A stretch of DNA of 64,000 nt, taken from positions 2,170,001 through 2,234,000 of the forward strand of contig CATNEN010000024.1 of the NCBI GenBank assembly GCA_950097015.1, given 5' to 3'. The position numbers were made by a program, and so were the translations under genes. The notes beneath the pieces were generated by a model that saw only the letters and a list, made by a program, of their open reading frames with translations, did not search any database and had not been told where the DNA came from. Of the stretch, positions 11,801 to 23,644 are shown in pieces. This stretch comes from Macrostomum hystrix (lineage: Eukaryota; Animalia; Platyhelminthes). Position 1 is the first letter of the stretch, and each line of letters starts with the position of its first letter.

Positions 11801-14800
11801 GCTCGCTCACCCTCTCGCTCACTCACCCTCTCGCTCACTCACCCTCTCGCATCAAACACCCTCTTGCTTATGTTGTGCAAAATACATTATGCGGCACTAC
11901 TGGTACTACGAGTACTGAGATATTTCGAGTATATTTTTTTCAAAGGGCCGCATTTCTTATTATTATTTTATAAGCGAAAATTTATGTACTTAATCGTTGT
12001 CAGCATGGCATGCTGAATTACTTAAAAAACTAAAAAATTATCGTGATCAAACTACCCCGGATAAAGCGTATTTTTTTTCTTTAATGCTGTTTTAAAGCAT
12101 AAATACCTGAAGCTTTAGGCTGCATTTGGCCACGTCTATTTTAAACCAATTTTAAACCTGCCACCCCAGGCATAACAAGCATTGCATGAAACAATATCGA
12201 TTTTGTCAACTTACGTAACCTTTCCTCACATTTTTTTCTTTTTGTAGCCTTAATAGGTGAGCGATCGCGTCAAATTCATGGTGTATGTTACAAAGGCCAA
12301 AAACGCACAGAATTTTGTTTATTTAAACAAAACATATTTAATTGCTTCTACACATGTAAGCATAAAAGTGCACGCACCGATAAACTAAAAGGTGCAAAAC
12401 AACGGTCCTTTATATTCAACAGAAAATCATTATTTTCCCCTACTGTCATGAAAGAGAGTTTTCGAACAAAAAAAATTTTTAACATCGAGAACCTTTTGAG
12501 TTCATCCGCTTCTGTTCTGCACCCGGTGCATTATTTATTCGTTTCGCACAGTGAGCGGGACGCGCCCAAGCTGTTAGAGGCAGAATAGGGAAACCAAGTC
12601 GTTTGATTTCTTTTAACCACAAGTTTAAACAAACTATAGTCTAACATCCGTAGCAGCAATGCAATTTAAACAGGAATAATTTACGTCTCAACTAATGAAA
12701 CAATTTTCCAGGAGCATCGAATAGTGCTCCAGATTTGACCCTGTGCACCAACCTCAACACCAGCTATGTGAGCCTGACGCAAGGAAGCTCGTGCAGCAAT
12801 GCGGGCTCCTTCTACATCTACATCAAAGAGGAGGTGCCAATAGGTATGTCGTCTGTAAACGTCCTTAAGTTATAAAAAAGGTATGAGCCACTCCCAAGAG
12901 ACTTGACTTAGTGGCAGGGTGGTCTGGGGTCACAGCAGGGAGTCGTGGTCGCCCGTTCCTCTAACCCATGCAGGCCCACAGACATGCGATGGCACGGGGC
13001 CGGTCAGGGTGTTTGTCCGTCCTGCGGCGTTCTATTCCATGGGGAAGAAAGTGGCTCGTCTTGTTGCCCAAAAGAACTGGATGAGCCTTGGGATGCTGTC
13101 GGGTTGGTTGGCACGGTCGATGGACGGTTTGGGCCCGCGAGGTTGTGTAGCCAGTCTACTAAATAAAGGGCAGGGACAGATTAAGTGCTGAGCATCGACG
13201 CGAAGGAGGCTTAACTATTCGAGTCAAGACGGAGGAAGCAGTGCCTGGCGAGTTAGACACGACCATCGAAGGCCAAGTCCTAGTGTGGAGAGTGTCTGGT
13301 TCTGGTTTAAGTCAGATTTCTTACTTTTTTTATTCTTTCAGGAGTTTCTCTGATCCAGTTCGAAGCAAGGGATCCCGAAAATGACAACGTGGTGATGACC
13401 TTGGTTGGCAAGGATCAGGCCATCTATTTATTCAGCGTTGTTTCCTATCCCAACAATAGGACGGCCGTGCTAAAACAGAACAGCAGGCTGGATGCAGACG
13501 TGAGACATGCTTAAAGTTTTCATTTTATATTTGAAAAATTGTCGCTCAAAATCAAAGGGCATGTGCGCTCGTAGATAGAATTGTTTGTAAGTCTAAATCG
13601 TTCGCCCTAATTGCAGTCTTTGTCTGCCATCAGTCTCACACTTCAAATTAAGCTCAATGACGGGAATCTGAACGAGGTCAGTACTTTCCACTGCACAATT
13701 TGCTTCTTTAAGTTTTAAGCAGTTGGGATCATTTAGAATAAAAAGCCAGAGTGCTTGCATTGCAGATTACAAAGGAATTCGATGTAGTGATTGTGCAGGA
13801 TATCAACGACAATCCGCCAGAGTTTCTAAATCTACCGTACAGGTGGCTCGTTCCTGAGGTACTTAGTTTGCTGACCAAATAAAGAACACATTCAGCAAAC
13901 TAACAGATGGCTAAACTAAAATCTTATAATATTTCAGAATGCGCCACCATCGAGCGATTTAAATCTAAGAATCGAAGTTATAGACAGAGACCAGGGTGCT
14001 TCAGGAATGCTGATCACTTACAAGGTAACTATAGTTATGCGCTAGCTATTGTCTTCTAATGCGTATAAAAGTAGGACATATTCTGCACTCGACATAAGTC
14101 GTACTTGTATATATTCATAGGAGATGATTGATTAATCTCATACTAAATTCATGCACAAGGGTGGGACACGGGCTAAAAGCACTTTTGCTTCCGTCAAACA
14201 GTGAGATTGGATGCCGTGTATACGGAGCATGCAAACAGACCTGTGTAAATAGCTCGTATACTCTTTGCCTCTTGGTACGTGAGACGGCTCCGTTTGTTTG
14301 ACCATGGGGCCTACCTCCCTGCTCAGGTAATATCATAAGAGTAGTTCGCCCTGGGAGAATTTTCCAATAATTTCTTTGCACTAATCTCTGTGCGTTGAAC
14401 ATACGCTCTACTTTCATGGATGACAGCAACAGGATGGTGCTATACAGTTGGAGCGTGTGATGCTAAAATTATCACCCATTTAAAGCTAATAGCCTAATAA
14501 CACACAGTACTGTCTCTGGTAAATCAATGACAAATTAAACTTTCAAATAGGACGCGATCGGTTCCACAGCGAGTAACGCATTCACATTATCAGACCAGAC
14601 AATGTCAGGCTACTGCTCACCGACTGGCCTTTGCATTGGTAGACGCTACATTCGTGTGCTGAGCCTCTTGCGAGCGTTGGACTACGAGACCAATAGCTTC
14701 TACCAGCTGTCAGTAAATGCTACTGATTTGACAGCCGGGGGGACAAGCACCTTTACTGATATCATCATCAACGTGCAGGATAGACAAGACACTCCGCCAT

Positions 14801-17800
14801 TCTTCGACGGAATTCCATATATAAAGAGCGTGCCAGAAAACTCAGCCGCAGGGACTCTGGTTCTCACCGTAGTTGCTCGTGACGGAGACAGAGGCGTGCC
14901 AAATGCGATCAGCTACCAGCTAGACTCTAGCAACGTATTTTCGAAATACTTCACTCTTAATAACGTCACTGGAGAGCTGCGAACAAGTTCTGTGAACCTG
15001 GACCGCGAAGGGACAGATATATTGGCCGTATTTGGCACAATCGATCTGCCTTTGATCGCTAAGGAGGTTTCGTCTGTGCCGCAGCCAGCCAATATTTCAC
15101 AGTCAAGCACCATCGCGCGCATCACAGTGGAGGATAAAAACGACTTCGTACCAACGTTTGACTATATATTGTACAATGGCAGCGTGCCAGAGAACACAAT
15201 TACCGGTGTTCTAGTGAGCCTATTCTCTCCGATTAACGTAGCTGATCTCGATGCTGGAGACAATGGCATCTTCAACATAACAGTGATGCGCAATGGCCAA
15301 ATTTATAACGACTTTGAAGCATCGCCAGCTATTATCAGTCGTCAGGGCGCTGTCTTCATTTTAGTAAAAAATTCTAGCTTCCTGGACTATGAAGTTGTTC
15401 ATAATGTAACCTTTCAGGTTCGCCTTATTTCTTAAGTTTTGAGTACTTGTCAGCTCTCTAAATTAATGATGAACAAACTTCTGAAGCAAGTCTATGCTAA
15501 TTTCCAGATTGTCGCCAGGGAGACTAGAACTACAGAGAGGTTTTCAAGTAGTGCTACCATTCAGCTTCAAATCTTAGATGTAAACGATAATAGACCAATA
15601 TTCAACCAGACGAGCTATGCTTTCACTATTCCGGAGAACTCGCCGCGAAACACATTTGTTGGCACAGTCAAGGTGAGTTTTTCTCACCTGTCTAGTGGGA
15701 CGAAGATAATTAATCTTTAGTATTTCTTTTGTTCCGATTCGAGAAAAGACTATTTTTCATCACAGGCCACCGATGCTGATAGTGGTGCCTTTGGAACTGT
15801 TTACTATAGGATGGATGGTACTGACGCCAACAAGTAAGTGCATGTACGAGTACAGGGAGAGGGCCAATTAAAAAACTGGCATTGCTTCGAAGATAACAGA
15901 TTGTTCTACAGATTTTTTTAAATACTTACATTATCTATTTCAAATAAATATTTAAGGTTTTTCATTAATTCTACAACTGGAGATATTTTCGTCAACGTGG
16001 ATGCCGACAAGAACTATACCTTACTGGATAGAGAACGGTTTCCGACATTGTTTTTCACAATAGAAGGTAGAGACGGGGGTGGTTTTGTGACCACAGCTCA
16101 GATGGAAGTCATCTTGAGCGACCAGAATGATCAGACGCCCACTTTTACACGACTCAGCTATGTTGGAGTTGTTAAGGAGAATTCGCTAACATTTGATACA
16201 CCAGTTCAGGTTGAGGTAAGCCTGCCTTTGTCTACTAAATAAGGAAATGGTGCGAGAATGTTAAATATTGGCTTGCATCAAATCAATTTTAATTTCAGGC
16301 AATCGACAATGACTTAAGAGGTACCAATAACAGCATTGTCGAGTTTAAAATAATCGGCGGTGATCTAGGAGGAAACTTCAGTATCGCCAGCGCCACAGGC
16401 CTTCTCATAATCAGAGCGCCCCTGAATTATGAGTCACTGCCTTCTAATATTATAAACTTGACTATTATGGCCTACGATCTTGGGATACCATCCCTGAATA
16501 GCAGCATCAATGTGCAGGTTACTGTGCTAGATCAAAATGACAATAGTCCCGTCTGCACGAACGCAATTTTTAATGCTACGGTGATGGAAAATGCAACTTC
16601 CGGGACTCCGATCATTCAGGTAAACGCCACCGATGCAGATCCTCCTGGGACAGATAATTCGCGCATGTTCTACCGCATTCTGACGGGAGCCGCTGATAAA
16701 TTTAGCATTGACGGTGCCTCGGGCTGGATTGTGGTGGAGCGTGGCGCAGACCTTGACGTCGCTCGGTATGGCAGTCGGTATAATCTCAGAGTTATAGTTT
16801 ATGATTATGGAACGCCTCAGCGCAACGGTACTTGTATGGCAGTGATTTTTGTCCGAGACGTCAACAACCAAAGCCCGTACTTTGACACTCCAACAAGGCG
16901 TGAGACGGTTCAAGAAAATCAGCCACTAAATCAACCACTACCAATCACGCCACAGTTAACCGCAAAAGATCCTGACACGAACGCCAATTTGCAGTACTCC
17001 ATTCTGTATAGTGAAATGATTGCCAAAGAAGGAAATGGCCAACCTGTGTCCATCAGCAGGTACAACATTACTGACTTACTGTACATCTCTTCAACAAACG
17101 GCACATTATTTGTGAAAAGCGTGTTAGACCGAGAGAGAGCCCAGGAGATAACCATTCCGATATTTGTACGAGACCTAGCTGCGGAGACGCCTTTGCCGAT
17201 ACAGACAGCCACAGCGACTCTTATTCTAACTCTGTCCGATTTGAATGACGAGTTTCCTGTGTTTCAGCCTCCTGCTGTGAATAAAACTTATCGAATAGCT
17301 GTGTCCGAGGGTTTGCGGCCTCCTACTGCGATTAGTCTGAAGGCTCTCGCGATTGATCCAGACACATCAAACCCTCCTCTTGTTTATAGTATAAATCCGG
17401 TGAGCAAACTCTTCAGCATAGATCCGAATACTGCTCAAGTATCTCTAGAGACAGCCCTTGATCGCGAGACCATGGATCACCACCAGTTCTTTGTGCTAGT
17501 AAATGACAGCATTCACATTGCCACTGCTACAGTGTACGTCAACGTTACTGACGTCAACGATGTGACACCAACATTCTACCAGTTTGCTTCGAACTTGAAC
17601 GTTTCCGAGGCAACAAATGTTAGTACCCTGCTGACTACGGTACTTGCATATGACAACGACACAGGACTATTTGGAACTGTGCGATACCAAATTCTTAGCG
17701 GAGGTGGTGGAAAGTTTACAATTAATGATACGAATGGCGAGCTACGATTAGCCCAGCCTCTGGATCGTGACATTCCTGGAGGTGAAGCGTATAGTTTGCT

Positions 17801-20800
17801 GATTGAAGCGTATGACAATCCCGGAAGTGCAGACAGCCTTCGAACGAGCAGAGCAATGATAATTACGGTGCTTGACGTCAATGACAATCCCCCACGATTC
17901 GCTCAGGATAATTACACGATAACATCTTTGTTCGAGAGCATGGATGCCAATCAGTTAATTAGAGAGATTCCCGCCACAGATGCAGACGCTGGAATTAACT
18001 CTCAAATGAATTTTTCAATGCGCGCCATATCAGGCCAAAACTCGGATGCCCTAAATCTTTTCTTTGTAACAACAAGGCAATCAGGCGCCGCATACTCTGC
18101 AGCCGTGTGGACGCGAAAGACCCTGACTGGAGCTGTGGGCTGGTACAACGCGACCCTGCTAGCCACTGATGCAGGAACACCGCCATTGACAGGCTCAACA
18201 AACATCACGTTCTTCATTGCCGACGTGAACGATCATAGTCCAGAATTTATCTACCCGAATCTAACACAGACTGTCATCCAAATAAATGAATCTACGAATG
18301 CCTCAAGTACCATTGGCAAGACAGTGCTTACAGCACAGGCCATTGATCGAGACTATGGAAACAACTCCGTTGTTAGATTCGAACTCACGTCCAGCAACGG
18401 AGATAACTCAGCATTCACAATTCATCCTGTCTCTGGTCTCATCACTGTGGCCATTAATCTCGATCGAGAAACTAAGGCGGAATACCGGTTTTCAATAAAG
18501 GCATACGACCTGGGAGTGCCACCACTATCTACAATGACGAATGTTATTGTCCAGGTGTTGGATGTGGACGAGAGCCCGCCAGTTTTTGGTCCCGACTCGC
18601 GAGTGCAGCAGCTGAGCGTGCCGGAGAACTCTGTCCCCTCATCGCTCGTTCCGGGGCTCAGCGTTGCTGGTGTTCGGGTGGGCTCAGTTGCTAAGGCTAC
18701 TGACCCGGATGTTACGGACAAGTCTGCTCAGATATGCTACTTTCTGCTAAGTGAGCATAAAATTATCTGATTCACTTTAATTCCTTAGAAGCATAGTCAC
18801 CAATTTTTTTCCTTTTTTCAGATGCGGTTTATAACATTTTCTATTTGAACAAGACGAATGGAAATCTGTATGTTCTGATGACTCTGGATCGGGAAACAGT
18901 ACCCCAATACACTCTGCATGTCATTGCTGTTGGAGCGAGTCAATGCAATTCAAGTGAGTGATATTGTAAGGTATTGATTTATTGTATTGATATCAAACAA
19001 TTACTGAAATGTTTACTTCGTCATCTAAGACAAATTACAGAAGCGAATTAGGTTTCGCTTGATATTCATGCGACGAGAGTCCTGCAAGTTGCGTATGCAA
19101 CTGCGCCACAAAGTATGCCAATATAATTTTTTTACTGTCTTACGACACCCTCAACATTTATCCGTTTAGCAACGTACGAATGGAAAAACGCTCCGAATTA
19201 TCGAGTGAGGAGATATTTGGAGACATCGCCGATTGTCTATGATCCTAACAATGCCACGATGTCTATGGTCATAGTGAATGTCGGCGACTTAAATGATAAC
19301 CCGCCCGTGTGGACAAGATCCGCTTACTTCGGTGGTGTCAGAGTCACGGATCCTCCGAGTACTACAGTGTTTAGCTTTTCCGAGTTTGTGTCAGACGCAG
19401 ACGTGGGAAACAACAGTCAGCTGACATACGGAATGACACCGCCAACGCCTGATAACGAGCTGCTTAGAACACAACTGATTAGTCGGGGCATCCTGGACAG
19501 TGTATTCACTCTTGACAACAGAACTGGTGTACTGAAGACAGGAGACAAGACCTACTTCCAAGAGACCATGACTGGCTCAGTTGCTTTTAACGTGTCAGCA
19601 TCAGACTCCAAACACCTGGCTACAACTATGTGCACAATCTATCTGCTCAGTCTTGAGCAGCAACTCATCGTTGTTATGAGCGGTGTTCCGGCAAATGTTA
19701 CAAGAATTCGCGACGCTTTCGTCAGCTACCTGTCAAACATCACGGGCTGGCGCATTGTGGTGGACAACATTGTCACGCACAAGAATGACGATGGTACAGC
19801 CGACAACACAAAGTGAGTACGCCTAAATGAATAAATTCTGCCACACATCTTTCTCTTGAATGATGTTTCTTTTGTTTCTTTATTTTATTTTGATGCTGCT
19901 TGTATTAAATTACATGCTTGCACTTACGTCAAACAACGTACCATACTTCGAAAAGCAAGCAGATAGCTTTAACAGACCTATTCGATGCATTTTCCTGATG
20001 CAATCATCTTGCTTATTTCGTAGCTGCACTAAGCCCGTGAAAACTTGAAACGCATCTCAACAGAACCGATATGTACATCCACGCGATAAACCTGAAAGAC
20101 AACAGCATAGTACCGGCTGCCACTGTGCGCGACAAGGTCGACTTGCTCTGGCCAGAGATGGTGGCGCTCTACAGAAACTTTGGTGTCCTGCAGGTCAAGC
20201 TGGCCTCACGAACAGCAGCTTCAGACTCTATCCTCGAAGTGCTGAGGATCTCCCTGATTGTGGTGGCCTGTGGCCTGGCCATACTGTTGTTCTTTGCTTG
20301 CGTGTCGCTCTGGTCCTGCCGCAGAATGTATAGAAGAAAGTTAAAGGCTGCCACTGCTGTGGCCTTTGGTAAGTCACAAGCTGAAGTCTTGAGTAAAAAG
20401 AATTGTTCACATATACAATAGTCGCAAAATGCTAATTGTAGGAACTAACGGACAGTCGAATGCCCCAAGAACGCCAGGAACAAATATGCACACCTATGAG
20501 GGGTGAGTGACATTGGGCATAGAATCTTATTCCTATGGTGAAAATGTAAATGAAATATTCTACCTGAAGGGATAACAAAACGGGCAAACTAGCGATAAAG
20601 TCAGGGATAGCACTACTCATTGAGCGAGTACACTAGATTCTGTATCTTCCCTTCTCGTTCAGTTTATCTTATTTCTAATCAAGTCTTGATTACTGTCACT
20701 ATTGTTTTGAATGGAGCCAAGACAGAAGTTCACATGTGGGCCGGGCCTTTCGCTAGAGTGCTTCCATCACGCAGCAAATTTTATCATTAAGTGGTCTTCG

Positions 20801-21961
20801 TTAATCTGAGTTCTCCTATTAATTTTTCAGCTCAAATCCCATCTGGTTGGAAGCCTATGATTTAAATCACTACGACAACAAAAACTTCGAAAGGTAAGGG
20901 CCGAAAATAAAGCCATTTTTACAGTTCTGAGCCGTAAAAATGGCAGCATTAATTGTTCCGACTAGAAATTGGTAGTGTTTCCGCTTTTGCATTGCCAGCG
21001 GTCTAAGATAATAAAAAAAGTTAAACTGACGCCGCTCAACGTGGCGTGTCGGTGCTGCGTCAAATATGGTTGCTAGGGGCAGCAAGAACAAGAGGCAAAA
21101 TATCCACTAAATCCACGTCCTACTTCGCCAGCTGGTGCGTTTGTTTGCTCAAAACCCCGCAGTAATTGTGCCTCCACTAGCCTCTCAAGCGTGAGAACCG
21201 CACGTTCAGGACTCCCCACCGTTTTAAAGCGGCTAATAATTCAATAGAGAGATTTGAAGCGCGTCGACCAATTTTCTCAGGTCCGATTCCTCTGCCTTGC
21301 GACTGCTTTTACAAACCGCTTACTCTTTTCGATGCAGCCTCTTGCGACTAACAACTAAGGCGACTAACGTAGCTGTTTATTACGAGCTCTCGCCCGATGA
21401 GAGCGGACGGAAATAGAGAAAATGTCTAGGAAATCTTTTTTTGTGGCTAACGACTCATAAAAGCTCATAAGTCGTAACAGCTTTGTTTCTTATGCAATTG
21501 AGCGCAACGGGAACTGAAGCGCGTAGAAAAATGTTTTTGCGGCAGTGGCAAAGGGCAAAGGCCGCAAAGGAAATTGACGCACAAATGCCCGAATCGGGAT
21601 TTTAGCTACTAAGAATTTCACCACTAAATCATTACTACTCACCTTAGCTACTAAGTCGGGATTTCACTCCTGAGTAAAGCAATAATTCGACATCTCCAGC
21701 AGCGACAAAGCCGACTCCATCGACAGCAACCAGATTGAGCCGGCCGGCCAGCCGCCAGAGATGAGCTTCCACGAGGTGGAGAAATCCATGGACTTCCACA
21801 ACGAGAACCTGTCGGACGCGGGTTCTGCGAATTTCCGGGACAGCCGCGAGATGCTGTCCTCGGCTGTGGACGCCGGGCCGGACATCCTGGCGTATCAGCC
21901 GCGGGCAAACGGCGGCTTGTCACCTGTCAATCTAAACGGCGTCCCGGCCACAAACATCTGA
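8835..21961 (+). CDS. Cad87A/CDHR-like non-classical cadherin, ~1961 aa: signal peptide, 14 EC repeats, membrane-adjacent domain, TM, cytoplasmic tail
   Basis: Model join(8835..8913,12712..12843,13342..13499,13617..13676,13766..13858,13938..14024,14551..15417,15508..15672,15766..15833,15957..16215,16299..18750,18822..18953,19170..19812,20064..20368,20442..20502,20831..20893,21700..21961), 5886 nt, all phases consistent. 13 DxNDxxP-type linkers, LDRE/LDYE motifs, tail motif PGTNMHTYEGSNPIW, C-terminal TNI (class I PDZ-like). Joining exon 1 across a 3.8-kb intron is inferred from its signal-peptide character and phase-1 match. Confidence 0.9.
9136..9382. repeat. 16-bp minisatellite (GGGAGAGATGAGACAT)n, degenerate
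   Basis: Seen directly; ~15 units in cadherin intron 1. Confidence 0.95.
9408..9762. repeat. 16-bp minisatellite (GAAAGATGAGACAAGA)n, homogeneous
   Basis: Seen directly; ~22 near-identical units sharing the core AGATGAGACA with the adjacent array. Confidence 0.95.
10238..10551 (-). mobile_element. tRNA-derived SINE family 1, copy 2
   Basis: Aligns by eye along its whole length with 3255-3541. A-box TAGCCTAGTGGTTAG, B-box GGTTCGATTCC, (ATT)n tail. Confidence 0.85.
10561..10883. repeat. Unclassified ~320-bp dispersed repeat, copy 1
   Basis: Collinear with 41832-42162 (e.g. shared GACGCACTGTCTATAGAAAAGACAAAAAACAAGGCCTGGG and GCACATCTAGCTTGCAGAACCAGATTTGCCTACTTGAGGCCATAAAACACTGCCCGT). Confidence 0.9.
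10887..11850. repeat. 16-bp minisatellite (CTCACTCACCCTCTCG / CTCGCTCACCCTCTCG)n
   Basis: Seen directly; ~60 units with variant interspersion; cadherin intron 1. Confidence 0.95.
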
Positions 21962-22309
21962 GCCAATGACAGCATGGAGCGAATCGGGCGAAATTAACCA
22001 ATACGGTGAAAAACACTGCCTATTCTCAAGAGGCCCAACCCCGTGCACTTGTCTTTCTCAGCGGCTTCCAACCGGGTCTGAAAATTCTTTTTTACTCACT
22101 CTTCATTTACGAGGTATCACTGGCTTTCGAGTTTTTATTTCACAGCTATTAATTGCGTATTTCCTTTTCAAAAGAAAACAATGAAACTTACAGACATAAT
22201 CGTTTTTATAAATCGCATATTTTTGTACTGCTGAAAGAATTTAGGTGATTACTGAATTCCTTTTTCTGCATGATTGTGTAGTTACTAAAAAGAAATTGTG
22301 AGATTATCA

Positions 22310-22475
22310 GTATAAAGACCACACGCTATTCCCCCCTGCGGAGAGACCACGGGGTGTTCCCCCTTGATATTTCAAATAACCACTAAAATACCCATAAATA
22401 ATACCCATATTCAAATACCCATTAAAATGTACGAGCCGCAGGTATTTGACATACCCCCCTGTGGTCTTTCTACAG
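22310..22475. mobile_element. Possible small MITE
   Basis: Imperfect inverted ends GTATAAAGACCACA (~22311) / TGTGGTCTTTCTAC (~22460); internal ATACCCAT repeats; no clear TSD. Confidence 0.35.
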
Positions 22476-23644
22476 CTAAATAGAAAGTGGATGAAATCTA
22501 GGTAGTTTATAGGAGTCATTCGTTTGTAAAGAAGTATAACTCGCGTCACTCATTACTAGCGAGCAATGGGAAAAGTTCACCGCTATGGTTTCTGGTGAAG
22601 CAGCTTCGTTTTTGCTTAGAATTCGCACGGTATAATTAATCGCATGAATTTCCACACTCTTAATAACCCTTGAAAGACTCTGCTTTGTTTTCATAGCCTA
22701 TAAAAAGTACACTGAGCGCCCGCTTCCTCCGAGTACCTGTTTTGGGAATATTTTTTTAACAGTTGATTCGAAACTACTTTTAATTTCTTTAATGTCTCAC
22801 AGTTAGCAGAAAAGTTATATGTTACGAGCCCAAAAATGGCCTGCATGAGCAATTCCTTACATATGTTGCTATTTTTAGTAAATTGCCTATTCTCCTCAAG
22901 GCTGCAAACTTAAAGGGCTTTTCACAAAGCTGCTGTTAGTAGAAAATGAAGCGTATAGTTTTTTGACGATAAAATAAAAAATGAAATAGCTCAAAAACTG
23001 TTTGGACTGAACAGTTGGCAAACAAACAGGATCATTGCTGTTTTCTTTTTGGGAAAATCGCACCTATCGTAAATAAAAGTACACACGCTTATAATGGCAC
23101 GCATAGAGGTTATTTTACTAATCAGTGAGTCGTTTAAAATGAACGAAATGATAGTTTTTTTGTTATTGCGTAAAATTTGCACCGACAAGTGTAGCACATC
23201 ATTATCGAAAATCAGTGGAAATTGCAGACAATAAGTAATGACAAACAGGCCTAAGTACACACTGATCAGAGCTCCAGATTTAGTTATTTGTTTATCTTAC
23301 TAACCCAATGTAAAGTTGAATGTAAGCAGTTTGTAAGAAGTCTACCGAGTTCGTTCTAGTAGTTTACGGAATGTCAAATTTGAGCTAGGATGTTAAAATC
23401 ATAGACTTTGGAAACAGAGGTACATACTACCAAAGCCTATTTACTTAGACTACGACCTTCAATAAAACTTTTTACGCATAGCTTACGTGTATTCACCTTT
23501 CAACTAGGTGACGTCCATATAAAGAAACAAACAATTTTAGGGTGATTTCGGAAACTCCAAAACACCGGAAACCTCAAGGGACTGAGAAGAATCGTAGACC
23601 AAGCTAGATACCAAAGAATTCCCCCCCGGCCCCGTTAAAGGGAC

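Noticed and set aside
10838-12016. ORFs of 392, 343 and 248 aa (SLTLSLTHPLAH repeats)
   Set aside because: All three frames are open because the CT-rich 16-mer has no stops; not a gene.
14115-14429. 104-aa minus-strand ORF in cadherin intron 6 with a GRP motif
   Set aside because: Only a faint likeness to a Tc1 linker; no TIRs or other transposase motifs.
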